A DNA stretch of 64,000 nucleotides from Chiloscyllium plagiosum (taxonomy: Eukaryota): the NCBI RefSeq assembly GCF_004010195.1, contig NC_057751.1:10535738-10599737 (forward strand). Reading direction: 5' to 3'. The translations under genes and the position numbers were made by a program. The notes beneath the pieces were generated by a model. The model saw only the letters and a list, made by a program, of their open reading frames with translations. It searched no databases and had not been told where the DNA came from. Positions 14,801-29,800 of this stretch are shown in pieces (within the stretch, counting starts at the first letter, position 1; every line of letters begins with the position of its first letter).

Positions 14801-17800
14801 CAGTTCCAGCCTTGTATCTATGTGGAGTTTGCAAGTTCTCCCTCTGTCTGTATGTGTTTCCGCCAGTTGACTTCCTCTCTCAGTCCAAAAATATGCAGGT
14901 TAGGTGGAGTGGCCATGCTAAATTGTCCGTAGAGTCTGGGGATATGCAAGCAGGTGGATTAGTCATGGTAAATGCAGGGATCAGAGGATAAGGTGGTGGA
15001 GGGAGATTTGTTCTGATATGCCAATCATGTATTTCTCTCTAACAAAGATTGAACCACATTTCTAACGATAATAAACTAGTCAACAGTTTGTGCAAGCGAA
15101 AAAAAATGTTTACATCTCAAAATCAGCCGAAAATCAGCACAACAAACACTGGGTAAAAAGAAAAGCAAGATCTTTATTTGCATCATTCAATTTAGAAAAT
15201 AAAACACTTTTGGTTAATATCCAATTTCTCAGGCAAAGGTGTGGAAGGTTTAGATGGCTGTCAGTGTGACCTTCCAGTACATAAAGACAGATGTCATCAA
15301 ATACAAGCAGAGATGTCTGGGAACGTTGCCAGTAGAGCTTGCTGCAGACAGTCGGAAGGATCCTTCGGATTCTCTTGATGTGAATAATCAGGATTCGCAT
15401 AGGATCAGGCCACCAGCTATCACAGTGAGTCCATAATATAAGATTTGTCAGGAACACGACAGATGGGCTTGGAAGCTCTTCTCCTTGCCTAAGTTGACCA
15501 TCAACTACAAAGTCTAAATAATTTCCAAAGCACAAGTTGCAACTTGACAACAGTAAACCCATGCATGGGGTTTGCACCAAGCAGGAAGACATGGGATTCC
15601 AAGAAATGCTTTGTCTTCATAAAATGTTTCAATGTCTTGTTTTTGACCAATTTAAAAGAAAGTCGAGGTATTGACAATCCTTACAACACAAGTCCCGCAC
15701 AAAAATATCTAAATATGAAGCTACTGCTGTTGTCTACAAAGCACAAGTCAGGTATATAATGGAATGCACCTCCCTTGCCTGGATGAGTTCAGCTCAACAA
15801 CACTGAAGAAGCTGGATTCATTCAGCATAAAGCAGCCTGCTTAATTGGCACCACATCGACTACCTTCAATATTCATTTCATTCGGCATGAACACACAGTG
15901 GAAGCAATGTATACCACTGATAAAATGCACTGGAGTAACTCACCCGCATTTCTCTCATGGCACTTGCCAAACAGTCGATGAGTAGCAATCTGAAGCTGCC
16001 CCCTCAAACCAAACACCATTCTAACATCTTTCCATTCCCTTACTGACTCAAAATCCTGGAACTCTGTGTCCCCTCAATATGTTGGACATGCCTATACCCC
16101 AAGAAATCAGTGGCTCAAGGAGACAGCTCAATACCACCTTCCCAAGGGCAAGTAGACATTGGCAACAAATGCTGACTTAGCCAGTGATACAGAATTAAAC
16201 TTTCTCCCAAAGATGAGAAACAGTTGGGAGCAAGGAAGAGAGCTCCAAGCAGTCTATGAGTCTCAAGATGTTGCTTTGCCAACATCTGATAAAAAAAAAA
16301 GTTATCATTTGGAACACTATACTTAAAACAAAGGTAGGGAATAAAGGTAAATCCGTGTGACTGCATTTGTGAAAATACAAAAAATGCTGCCACTTGATTG
16401 CATCAATAGTTTCAAGAAATAGCAATAAACAGAAATAAAAACAACTGTACATTCTGGACATTGGGGAAAAACCTCTGAGCCAGCTTATCCTGTTGCACTA
16501 GATTCCAAGCAAAGCCATTCAACCCATCAGATCATCTCCCACATACCACACAACTGAACCGCCAACTTCGCCTCCTTCATTTAATTTGCTGCAAGAAAGA
16601 TGGACTGCAAGAATTCAATCCGCAAATCAAAGTAACATCCACCCATCTGCCCTTTTAAAAAAGTGATCTGTTTTCACACAAACTGCTGCCAATGCACAGC
16701 AAATAGGTCCACTGTGTGCTGGGGAAGGATAACGTCAGTCTTTGCCCTTGCTAAAAACCTCCAATGTAATCTTCAGCCAGATGATATCGACTGCACAAGG
16801 ACAAAGTCAAAAGCAACATCAAATCTGAACATAATACTTGCTATAACATGAGAAACCTTGAAAGTTCAGCAAATAAATGGGATATGTTGTTTTTGCCTGA
16901 GATGAAACAGCAGAATAAATAATTTACTCTGTAATCTCTTCAGATTAGAAACACAGCAGCCATAAAACATCAGTGATTGTGCGCCTCTTCAAATATCACA
17001 TTTTCAAACTTTCAAACAAAAAGCAAGAATCGAGATCTGTTTTTTCCACTGATTTTGAAGGAATCCTGTGGAGGGGATGTAAATGCCAATGGAAAGGCCA
17101 GCATTTGTGGCCCATTTCCAAGTGCCCTACAGTAGAGGGAGGTGGTGGTGAATCTTCCTCTTGAATTGTTGCTGTTCATGTGATGTCGGTACACACACTG
17201 TTGTTCCAAAGGACTTTGACCCAGTGACCTTGAAGGAACAGTGATCTAGTTTCAAGTCAGGATGATCTGTGGGTTGGAGGGGAACTTGCAGCCGGTAGCA
17301 TTCCTATTTGTCTTTAGTCATGTCTTTCTCAGTGGTAGATTACTGTTGAAGGGGCACTGGCAATTTATACACTGCACCTTGTAGGTGGTATGCAATACTG
17401 TCACGATGCTGATGGGAGGAGGAGGAGTCAGTGTTTCAGATAATTGATCAGGTGCCTATCAAGCAAGCTCCCTGAATGTTGTTGAAACTGCAATCATTCA
17501 ACCTCGTCGATGATGGACTGGCTTTGGGAGGCCAGGGGAAAAGAGATGCTCGGACAGGATGGTGGCTCAGTGGCTGACACTGCTGCTTCAAAGCACCAAA
17601 AACACAGGTTTAATTCCACCCTTGGGTAACTATCTATGTAGAGTTTGCACATTCTCCCGGTGGCTATACAGGTTTCCACCGGAGGCCCCAATTTTCCTCT
17701 CACAGTCCAAAGATGGAATCATAGAGATGTACAGCACGGAAATAGACCCTTCAGTCCAACTCATCCATGCCGACTGGATATCCTAAATAAATCTCACTCC

Positions 17801-20800
17801 ATTTGCGAGCACTTGGCCCAAAGCCCCCTAAACACTTCCAATTATATACCCATCCAGAAGCCTTTTAAATGTTGTAATTGTGCCAGCCTCCACTTCCTCT
17901 GGTAGCTCATTCCATTAATGTACCACCCTCTGCATGAAAAGAAAACGTTGTCCCTCAGGTCTCTCTTATATCTTTCCCCTCTCACCTTAAACCTGCACCC
18001 TCGAGTTTTGGACTCCCCCCAACCCAGGTGGGGTCTATTCACGCTACACATACCCCTAATGATTTTATAAACCTCTATAAAGTCTCCTTGCAGCCTCCCA
18101 TGCTCCAAGAAAGATGAAATATAGGGAAAAAAAGCTTATTAAACCTTTCCCTATAGCTCAAACTCTCCAACCCTAGCAACATTCTTGCAAATCTTTTCTG
18201 AACCCTTTCAAGTTTCACAACATCCTTTCTGTAGGAAGGAGACCAGAATTGCACACAGTATTCCAAAAGTGGCCTCACCAATGTACAGTACAGCCACAAC
18301 ATGACCTTCCAACTCTTATACTCAGTGCACTGACTAATAAAGGAAAGCATACCAAATGCCTTCTTCATTGTTCTATCTACCTGAGACACCACTTTCATGG
18401 AACTATGAACCTGCACTCCAAGGTCTCTTTGTTCAGTAACAATCCCCAGGACCTTACCATTAAGTGTACAAGTCCTGGTCTGATTTGCCTTTCCAAAATG
18501 CAGTACCTCACCTTAATCTAAATTAAACTCCATCGGTCAATCCTCAGCCCAATGGCCCATCTCATGGAGTCACAGAGTCATAGAGATGTACAGCATGGAA
18601 ACAGACCCTTCGGTCCAACCTGTCCATGCCGACCAGATATCTCAACCCAATCTAGTCCCACCTGCCAGCACCCGGCACATATCCCTCCAAATCCTTCCTA
18701 TTCATATATCCAACCAAATGCCTCTTAAATGTTGCAATTGTACCAGCCTCCACCACATCCTCTGGCAGCTCATTCCATACACCTACCACATTCTGCGTGA
18801 AAACGTTGCCCCTTAGGTCTCTTTTATATCTTTCCCCTCTCAACTTGCCCACCACTGAGGTCAGGCTCACTGGTCTACACTTCACTGGCTTGTCTTTACC
18901 GCCCTTCTTAAACAGTGGCACCACATTTGCCAACCGCAGTCTTCCAGCACCTCACCTGTGACTATCGATGATACAAATATCTCAGCAAGAGGCCCAGCAA
19001 TCACTCTCTGGCTTCCCACAGAGTTCTCGGGTACACCTCATCAGGTCCTGGGGATTTATCCACCTTTAACTGTTTCAAGACATCTAGCAATTCCTCCTCT
19101 GTTATCTGGACATTTTGCAAGATGTCACCATCTAATTTCCTACAGACTATATCTTCCATATCCTTTTCCACAGTAAATACTGATGCAAAACATTCATTTA
19201 GTATGTCCCCCATTTTCTGTGGCTCCACACAAAGGCCGCCTTGCTGATCTTTATGGGGCTGAAAATGTGTTGCTGGAAAAGCACAGCAGGTCAGGCAGCA
19301 TCCAAGGAACAGGAGAATCGACNNNNNNNNNNNNNNNNNNNNNNNNNNNNNNNNNNNNNNNNNNNNNNNNNNNNNNNNNNNNNNNNNNNNNNNNNNNNNN
19401 NNNNNNNNNNNNNNNNNNNNNNNNNNNNNNNNNNNNNNNNNNNNNNNNNNNNNNNNNNNNNNNNNNNNNNNNNNNNNNNNNNNNNNNNNNNNNNNNNNNN
19501 NNNNNNNNNNNNNNNNNNNNNNNNNNNNNNNNNNNNNNNNNNNNNNNNNNNNNNNNNNNNNNNNNNNNNNNNNNNNNNNNNNNNNNNNNNNNNNNNNNNN
19601 NNNNNNNNNNNNNNNNNNNNNNNNNNNNNNNNNNNNNNNNNNNNNNNNNNNNNNNNNNNNNNNNNNNNNNNNNNNNNNNNNNNNNNNNNNNNNNNNNNNN
19701 NNNNNNNNNNNNNNNNNNNNNNNNNNNNNNNNNNNNNNNNNNNNNNNNNNNNNNNNNNNNNNNNNNNNNNNNNNNNNNNNNNNNNNNNNNNNNNNNNNNN
19801 NNNNNNNNNNNNNNNNNNNNNNNNNNNNNNNNNNNNNNNNNNNNTCTCCCACTGACACCTCAGTCACCTGCCCTGCCTTATTTCCCAAGAGTAGATTAAG
19901 TTTTGCACCTTCTCTAGTAGGTACATCCACATACTGAATCAGAAAATTGTCTTGTACACACTTAAGAAATTCCTCTCCATCTAAACCTTTAACACTAAGG
20001 CAGTCCCAGTCGATGTTTGGAAAGTTAAAATCCCCTACCATAACTATCCTATTATTCTTACAGAAAGCTAAGATCTCCTTACAAGTTTGTTTCTCAATTT
20101 CCCTCTGACTACTGGGGGGTCTATGATACAATCCCAATAAGGTGATCATCCCTTTCTTATTTCTGAGTTCCACCCAAATAACTTCCCTGGATGTATTTCC
20201 GGGAATATCCTCCCTCAGCACAGCTGTAACGCTATCCCTTAGCAAAAATGCCACTCGCCCTCCTCTTTATGATCAAGGTCCCATAATATTCTGAGGTAAC
20301 CTTCACTGTCCACTGCATCTCCAACTTTGGTGTCAGTTGCAAACTTATTAACGACATGTCCGATGTTCACATCCAAATCATTTGTATCAAGGACAAAAAG
20401 CAGTGGACCCAGCACAGATCCTTGTGGCAGTCTGCTGGTCACAGGTCTCCACTTTGAAAAACAACCCTCTGCCACTACCCTCTGACTTCTGCCTTTGAGC
20501 CAAAAGATGTGCAGCTTGGGCAAATTTGCCTGAGTAAATGCGGGGTTATACAGATACGGTTGGGGATGGAGGCGGCAGGTTGCAGGATACTGATTTGGTT
20601 GGGATGTGTTTTGAAGAGTTGGTGGTGTCTTGGTAGGCTGAATGGCCTCTTTCTACACTCAAGGGAATCATTTGTTGATTTTTGTAAAATGGCCTCAATC
20701 TGCACTACAGGGATTCTGTGATTTAATAATGCTACTTGCCACAAAATTTCCAGTCTTTGATCTTCTTTGCTATAGTCACCTCATTTACATCGTGTATGCA

Positions 20801-23800
20801 AATGGAACATTCAATGAGTATAGTCCAGTTGACTGTCAAGTGAAGTTGGTTAGATCACCTTTTGTTAGAGAGGGGCATTGTCTGGCACTTGTCTAGCAGA
20901 AATATTACTTGTCATTTGTCAGCTCAAACCTGAATGTTGTCCAGATATTGCCATATCTAGACAGCTTGAGGATGGAACTTTGAAAAATTGTGAATACTGT
21001 AACATCTCACATTTGAAGGATGGAAGGACAGACTTTGATCAAGTCACTGAAAATGGTTGGGCCGAGAACATTATTCTAAGGAACTTCTGAAATGAGATTG
21101 TTGATGTAATTCTGTTCGCCGAGCTGGGAATTTGTGTTGCAGACATTTCGTCCCCTATCTAGGTGACATCCTCAGTGCTTGGGAGCCTCCTGTGAAGCGC
21201 TTCTGTGATCTTTCCTCCGGCATTTGTAGTGGTTTGAATCTGCCGCTTCCGGTTGTCAGTTCCAGCTGTCCGCTGCAGTGGCCGGTATATTGGGTCCAGG
21301 TCGACGTGCTTATTGATTGAATCTATGGATGAGTGCCATGCCTCTCGGAATTCCCTGGCTGTTTTCTGATTGGCTTGTCAGTAGTCTGACAGCCAGACTA
21401 CTGTGACCACTAGGACTCATAACAGCACACAAACCAACAGCCACTCTCAGACAACAACTCACCAGAACGAAGGACCCGATAGCCAGCATGAGCAAAACCA
21501 GTGTAGTGTACAAAATCCCATGCAAGGACTGCACAAAACACTACATAGGACAAACAGGAAGACAGCTAACGATCCGCATCCATGAACACCAACTAGCCAC
21601 GAAACGACACGACCAGCGATCCTTAGTTGCCACACACGCAGATGACAAGCAACATGAATTCGACTGGGACAACACTACTATTATAGGACAAGCCAAACAG
21701 AGAACAGCCAGGGAATTCCTAGAGGCATGGCACTCATCCACAGATTCAATTAATGAGCACATCGACCTGGACCCAATATACCGGCCACTGCAGCAGACAG
21801 CTGGAACTGACAACCGGAAGCGGCAGGGACAAACCACTACAAATGCCGGAGGAAAGATCACAGAAGCGCTTCACAGGAGGCTCCCAAGCACTGAGGATGT
21901 CACCGTGACAGGGAACAAAACTCCTGCAACACAAATTCCCAGCTCGGCGAACAGAACCACAACAATGAGCACCCGAGCTACAAATCTTTTCACATTCTTG
22001 ATGTAAGATATTTGATTCAACACTAGAACTATCTTGATTTGTGTTCAGTTTGACTCCAGTCAATAGAGATCATGTAACCCTATCCCCCTTGACTTCAATT
22101 TTTAAAGGATTTCTTGACCTTCTGGCCCACTCAGTCAATACAGACTTCATGTCAAGGTCAGTTGCTGTCACCTAACCTCTCAAATTCAGCTCTTACATTC
22201 AACTTTTGTCCTAACACACAGAATGTAAGACCACGTGTGACTCGCATCACTTCACGCAACAGAGTTATGGTTTTGCGTCTGGCAGGAGGAGAAGGATCCC
22301 ATGAGATTGCTTCAGAGGTGAGTGAACAAAGATTCTGCTGAACCCTACTGCAAATAATTCATCCTGTCGACTTTTACATTCTAAACTGAACATTGCTGCT
22401 TCAGTTCACATCTAAAATCAGTGGTTTGGCCTCAAGTGGAGTCCTTTGTCCAATTCCAGGCACCAGTTAGGCCTCAGCAATGTGACATGAAGAGAGGATA
22501 GAAGCTGGCTGTTCTTAGGGCGGAGAAATGGAAGAAGAAAAACAATTACTTGACATTGGTGTTCAAAATTGTCAAGTGTTTGACAGGGTAAAGAGACATT
22601 GGATTGGCTAACATGAGTGTCGGTAACTGGAGTATAGAGGTTTAAAGGCAATTATCCAATGTGGTTTTATAACAGACTGCAAAATGCAATTCAGTTATAA
22701 CCCTTTCCTTGGTTGTGACAAGATTTTGTTAAGAGAAGTAAAACTGTAAAATACCTGACTAGATTATGATAATTGGTAGCTATGGTACTGAAGGATTTAT
22801 GATAATGAGGTAAACAGCAGAACAGACATGGGGCTCAGTTGTCAACTTGTTTCAATCTCACGTTCCTGTCAAACGGGGGAACAGAATGAAAATAAGAAAC
22901 TGGATTTTTTGATCAGGGAAATAATTGCAGTTACTCTTGCTCACAGATCTTTTGCAAACTTTGTTGAGACATTGCGGTGATAGTGCAATCGTTTTCAGCA
23001 TGCCCCCTCCCATCCTGGGTATCTGGGACCAGTAAATAATAGTGTCCCTCAGTAACCAGTAACTTCACAGAATATTTGCTGAGGCATGCAGAGTCTAAAA
23101 GGTCTGAAAGCACAGGTAACAAAATTTAGTTCAGTGTAAAATCATGTGCAGAAAGAGAGAGAAGGGGAAAAATAACATGGGATTCTGAGAGGTCAAAGAA
23201 AGAAAGGTAGGAAAACAATTTTCTTTTCAACCAAATGGAAACCTGTAGAAAAGGGGGAGTGAGTAGTTCCTGAATAAGCAATATTCCCTGCTTGAATGCA
23301 GAGTTTGCTGTCATTAACATTGTATCAAATAGCTTCTTGAGAAAAAATAGTTCTGATAGCAATTTCTTGATTTCTGGGTCTTACATCTCAGAGAGATATT
23401 TTCAACATTAATTTGTTCAGAGATGTTTTGTTACATCTCTGCAGCAGCTGAGACATGAACTCAGGTCTTCTGACTAAGAGTTTGGGATACTACAACTGCA
23501 GCATTGAAACACAAAACACAACAGGTATAGTTGCTGGAAGGTGCTGTCCATTTAGTGTTTCAAAAACAATGAAGCCTGGGAGCTGAGTTTAATTTTTAAA
23601 ATTGTAAGAGGCTGCAGTTTTTCTATTAAAATCATTAATTTGGGTAAAGACAATATTTCGCGCATCTCCCTCAATATTTAATACCTTGTGTAAATAGTTG
23701 AAGTTCCAACCCTTGGCTATGAGCTGAGTGCACACCCAGTAATAATGAACATGGAGATCAAGGCATCTCACTATGTGGTTTTGATTTTTGAAGTTTTGTT

Positions 23801-26800
23801 TCCCATTTCTGAGTCACAATCCCCAGAAGTGCTCATACACAAAACTGACTTTTATTTTCCATCATCAAATCACCCATGGTATTTTTCATTTGTTAACCAC
23901 TACCAGTAAATCACCTCTATTTTCCAATTGATTAATTTACATGCAAAAAAGGCAATGCAGCTCTTCAAAGATGAGGGAGAGAAAGGGAAGGGACTTAATC
24001 AAAATGGAGTTGGAAGGGGAGATACAGCATTTGAACCTCTGTGCTGCTCATCTCATTCACACATTCTCTCTCTCGAGACATCAACACTATTAGTGGACAA
24101 TGAGTGCCTTTGCTCAGTTTACATAATACTAAATCATCCTATTCAGGGATTGGATTAGATTAGATTCCCTACAGTGTGGAAGCAGGCCCTTCTGCCCAAA
24201 CAGTCCACACCGACCCTCCGAAGAGTAACCCACCCAGACCCATTTCCCCTCTGACTAGTGCAACTAACACTATGGGCAATTTAGCATGGCCAATTCACCT
24301 GACTTGTACACATCTTTGGACTGTGGGAGGAAACCGGAGCACCCAGAGGAAACCCATGTAGACACGGGGAGAACGTGCAAACTCCACACAGACAGTCGCC
24401 CAAGGCTGGAATCGTACCTGGGACCCTGGTGTTGTGAGGCAGCAGTGCTAACCACTGAGCCACCGCGATATTAAGTAACACCTGTGAAGCAGGTTGTCCT
24501 TGAAACCAGAGCTCCTGATTCAGAGGGATGGACGCTTCCAATGCACCAAAAGAGCATTCTTTGCTCAATTTAGTGTATTCGTATTGGTTGTTGATAGGTA
24601 TTTCAAGTTCAACATGACTGCTTTTCCAAACCTGTCAAGGAAACTTCAATAAAACTTATTGAGTCATAACACAAACAATCACTGAGGAATTTAATAAGAC
24701 AAGGGTGGTTTGCAGGAGATTTACACAACAGCAGGCATTACACATCGATTACAAAGTAACTGGATCTGAGGATAAGATGAGTAAAGAACTTCTCATTTGC
24801 AAATGAAGCCTGTGTCCTGTAATTGGCAATAAGACAGAATGTATAACATTATGTCATTGATTCACACATAGTTATCAACATGGCTAAGTTGTTATCATTG
24901 ATTCAGTTGGTGATGGGTTCAGCTCTTGCCCATTTTAGATCACATATATTGTCTGTTAGAGATCCACTGAATATTTAGAGTGACGAGATATGGCCTTGTG
25001 GATAGCACAACTCTGAGGTGTCAGAAGCAATGCAAAGCAGTGGTCACGTAATGCATCATGTATGCATCTAATAACAGTTGGAGTGGGGATGAATGAATTA
25101 TTTTGACTGAAAAAAAGCGAAGAACATTGATGCTGAGAATTAAACTCTCTGAAATCAACATGAAGCATTCTCAAGTGAAGTTGTGTTATGCCCAAAGAAA
25201 ACCTCCCAAATGAGAAGCAAATCTTCGACCTTTGTGCGAGTATAAGATCTTTACTCACTTGTCACATCAACTGTGCTATTTCTTTTTGGAAGGAGCATTG
25301 CCCATTTCATCTCAAACTCAGTTATTTCATGTTAAATATGGTACATTCACATAATTATTTTCTCACTGAGACAGTCCAGTCCTAAATCGTGTGAATAGAG
25401 TTCTTCATTACATTATTTGGGATATTTGAAATGCATCACGAGTTGCATTGTCTCAAAGTTTCCTCAGTCGTGTTTCTCAGTTTTTCATAATTAATTTTGG
25501 ACATGAAAAGTTGACTGGTGTATTGTGAGATCTTACTACTAATACCAAAATGGTCTTTTGTGACATTTCAGTAGGCAGTGTCCCTTCTTCTGAACAGGAG
25601 TCATACCAGACTTCAAACATTAATTCTGTTTCTCTCTCTGCAGATGCTACCAGACTTTCTCCAGCATTCTCTGTATTTGTTTCAGATTTCCAGTACAGGA
25701 ATATTAGAGGCTTGACAGGATAAATGCTGAGTGGATGTTTCCCTTCAAGGGACAATCCTAGGATCTCAGGCTACAGTCTCAGAATAAAGTGGCATCAGCA
25801 TAAGACAGAGATGAGGAAGGATTTCTTCTCTCCAAACGTGTCAGTCATTGAAACTCCTTACCCACTGAGTCATTACATTACATTACATTACAGTGTGGAA
25901 ACAGGCCCTTCAGCCCAACAAGTCCACACCGACCCGCCGAAGCGCAACCCACCCATGCCCCTACATTTACCCCTTACCTAACACTACGGGCAATTTAGCA
26001 TGGCCAATTCACCTGACCTGCACATCTTTGGACTGTGGGAGGAAACCGGAGCACCCGGAGGAAACCCACGCAGACACGGGGAGAATGTGCAAACTCCACA
26101 CAGTCAGTCGCCTGAGGCGGGAATTGAACCTGTGTCTCAGGCGCTGTGAGGCAGCAGTGCTAACCACTGTGCCACCGTGCCGCCCACATATATTTAAGTC
26201 CTTGCATATATTTAAGGCTGAGATAAAAACATTCTCAATCAGTGGAGGAATGAAGGGTTACAAACAAAGAGCAGGAAAGTGGATGATGAGTGTCAGATCA
26301 GCCATGATCATATTGAATGGCAGAGCAGGCTTAAGGGGCTGAATGGCCTACTCCTGTTCTTATGTCTTCTGGTATTACCTGAGTATTGTGCCTATTGCCT
26401 TGTTCTGATGTTTCATCCAAAACACAGTACATCTGGCAATGAAGCATTTATTCAGCACAGTGCTGAAATGCTAGCCAAGTTGTGTTCAAATTTTCTTTGA
26501 CTCCGAAACATCTGACTATAAATGAAGTAAAGTCAAAAAATGTATCTTCTCAGGGAGAAAGCAAAATTGAACCCAGTTCAGCAGCAAATATTCTCCTGAA
26601 AATATATATTGTTTCCAACATTTAATGCAAAATGTTTATGAAACTACAAAATAGGAAGTGAATAAACTTGCAATTAACACTGACTCATATAGTGACTGGC
26701 CTTCAGCACGTAAAAGTCACAAGGCCATTTCAATATCTCTCCGAGGACATTGTTTTGATACTCTGATCTTTCATTCACAGGACTCTTGATGCTTATTCCT

Positions 26801-29800
26801 TAGTAAGTAGCTGAAAAAAATCCTTTCAATTAATAGTGGGTATGTCGTTTTATTGCTCAGACATAGGGATAATTGTAGCAAAATGGCTCCTGCATAGAGC
26901 AGGGATTCTTGATTCTATCACTCAAAGCTCTATCCTTCAGACCCAAAACTCTCACTTTGTCATTGGAGTGCAACACATTACTTCTGGAAGGTATCCACGA
27001 CTTCCAGCACCTTGAACCAGGGTTTTAAGAACTCCACGGGCAACGTTGACATTGCTTAGCAAGCTTGTTTTTACAGGCAGGACTATCATTTCAGAGTCTG
27101 CTAAAAATCACTTCATTTAAAATGGACAACATCATGGATGAGATGATCTCAAGAAGCTTTTACAAAAAAAATTACGGTGCAGATTCCCCATCCTTTCTTC
27201 GACTCACCTCGGGTCAAACATGAAGGAAATGACATTGTTAAACCAGATGAACATGTGTGAAGAACACTGTGCATCACATTACCTTTTTAAGGCATTGGTG
27301 ATTCTGGCAACAGACACAGAAATTCTCCTAGAATTCTCCAGAAGTCTCAGTCCACTTTACAATGTTTTTGGGTTAATTTGACCACACACACACATTTTGA
27401 TCCAAAGAAAAAATGGTTTGGTTTGGTATCATGTTTGTTTGCGTTGTTTTCTTGTTTATCTTTGACCCATCATCCCACAGATAACCAAAGAAAAGTTATT
27501 TGTCCACCATTTAGTTGGGCATTAGTCAACAGCATTGACTAATGAAAACCGAGACAAATGTTAGTCAACTTAAATAAAAGCAAACATTTTATGTGAACAG
27601 TTGTGTTGTTTGATGTTTCAGATGAAACCTTGAAGGTCAGGTGCCATTCAGAGTGTGGCTAATGTTGTCCCACTTTTTAAGAAGGGAGCGAGAGAGAAAG
27701 CAGGAAATTATAGACCAGTTAGTCTGACCTCAGTGGTGGGAAAGATGCTGGAGTCAATTATAAAGGATGAAATTACGACACATCTGNNNNNNNNNNNNNN
27801 NNNNNNNNNNNNNNNNNNNNNNNNNNNNNNNNNNNNNNNNNNNNNNNNNNNNNNNNNNNNNNNNNNNNNNNNNNNNNNNNNNNNNNNNNNNNNNNNNNNN
27901 NNNNNNNNNNNNNNNNNNNNNNNNNNNNNNNNNNNNNNNNNNNNNNNNNNNNNNNNNNNNNNNNNNNNNNNNNNNNNNNNNNNNNNNNNNNNNNNNNNNN
28001 NNNNNNNNNNNNNNNNNNNNNNNNNNNNNNNNNNNNNNNNNNNNNNNNNNNNNNNNNNNNNNNNNNNNNNNNNNNNNNNNNNNNNNNNNNNNNNNNNNNN
28101 NNNNNNNNNNNNNNNNNNNNNNNNNNNNNNNNNNNNNNNNNNNNNNNNNNNNNNNNNNNNNNNNNNNNNNNNNNNNNNNNNNNNNNNNNNNNNNNNNNNN
28201 NNNNNNNNNNNNNNNNNNNNNNNNNNNNNNNNNNNNNNNNNNNNNNNNNNNNNNNNNNNNNNNNNNNNNNNNNNNNNNNNNNNNNNNNNNNNNNNNNNNN
28301 NNNNNNNNNNNNNNNNNNNNNNNNNNNNNNNNNNNNNNNNNNNNNNNNNNNNNNNNNNNNNNNNNNNNNNNNNNNNNNNNNNNNNNNNNNNNNNNNNNNN
28401 NNNNNNNNNNNNNNNNNNNNNNNNNNNNNNNNNNNNNNNNNNNNNNNNNNNNNNNNNNNNNNNNNNNNNNNNNNNNNNNNNNNNNNNNNNNNNNNNNNNN
28501 NNNNNNNNNNNNNNNNNNNNNNNNNNNNNNNNNNNTGTTTCCGCTGATGGGTGAGTCCTGAACCAGAGGACACATCTTAAAAATAAGGGGTAGGCCATTT
28601 AGGACAGAGATGAGGAGAAACCTCTTCACCCAGAGAGTGGTGGGTGTGTGGAATGCTCTGTCCCAGAAGGCAGTGGAGGCCCAGCCTCTGGATTCATTTA
28701 AGAAAGAGTTGGATAGAGCTCTCAAGGATAGTGGAATCAAGGGCTGTGGAGATAAGGCAGGAACAGGATACTGATTGAGGATGATCAGCCATGATCATAT
28801 TGAATGGTGATGCAGGCTCGAAGGGGAGAATGGCCTACTCCTGCACCTATTGTCTATTGTCTCTGGTTCCCAAATCTCTCAAAGTCCCCAAAGGGGAAGC
28901 AACATCTCCACATTCACGCTTCCAGGACCCGAAGAAACTTCTGTGTTTCAATAAGATCACCTCTCATTTTTCTAAATTCCAACGAATACAGGCCAAATCT
29001 AATCAACCTTTCCTCATGAGACAGTTTCTGCTATCAGCTGATATCCAGTATCAATCAAGTGAACCTTCTGGGAACTGCCTCCAATGCCAGTGTATCTTCC
29101 CTGAAACAAAGGGCCCAAAACTGCTCCTCGGATGCTGCCTGACTGGTTGTGTTTTTCCAGTCCCACACTTTTTGACTCTGATCTGCAATGCTTACTTTTT
29201 CCCAAAACTGTTCACAATATTTGAACTTTGTGGGCTGCACGGTGGCTCAGTGGTTAGCACTGCTGCCTCATAGCGCCAGGGACCCGGATTCGATTCCGGC
29301 CTCCGGCAATTGTGTGTGCGGAATTTGCTCATTCTCCCAGTGTCTGCGTGGGTTTCCTCTGGGTGATCCCACAATCCAAACGTGTGCAGGTTATGTGAAT
29401 TGGCCACACACAGTTGCCCATAGTGTTCAGGGATGTGGAGGTTCAGTGCATCGGTCAGGGGTAAGTATAAGGTAGGGGAATGGGTCTGGGTGGGTTACAC
29501 TTTGGAGGGTCGGTGTGGACTTGTTGGGCCGAAGGGCCTGTTTCCACACTGTAGAGATTCTATAGTCTGATCAGATTTCAGCAAAACCTTCCCATTTTTG
29601 TATTCCATTCCCTTAGAAATAAAGGTGAACATTTAATTTGTTCCCAGTTACCTGCTCAACTTAGATGCTAGTTTTTTATGATTGATGCATGAGGAATTCC
29701 AAATCTCTGTGTTCTGTCGCTTGCTAGTCTTGCTGTTTCCATGATGCTCAGCCCCGAGTCAGTATTCTTCCTGCCCAGATAGACACCATCTCATTTTCTG

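Larger units (their letters stand above)
18566..20268 (-). mobile_element. CR1 LINE pieces (3' tail fused to RT N-terminus; EN across the gap)
   Basis: [22 protein letters not shown]|[11 protein letters not shown] junction; [12 protein letters not shown]; EN motifs YHRPP, GDFNFP. Confidence 0.85.

Noticed and set aside
15134-15592. 152-aa minus-strand ORF in GNS-like intron 1
   Set aside because: No recognisable motif in the frames examined and no convincing splice pair; GNS exons 1 and 2 join without it.
19001-20254. Long 417-aa and 200-330-aa ORFs (also 27655-28740)
   Set aside because: Artefacts of translation through N gaps; the flanks are CR1 sequence.
24152-29565. tRNA genes suggested by A/B boxes
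   Set aside because: These are tRNA-derived SINE heads continuing into SINE core and LINE-like tails; no complete cloverleaf was found.
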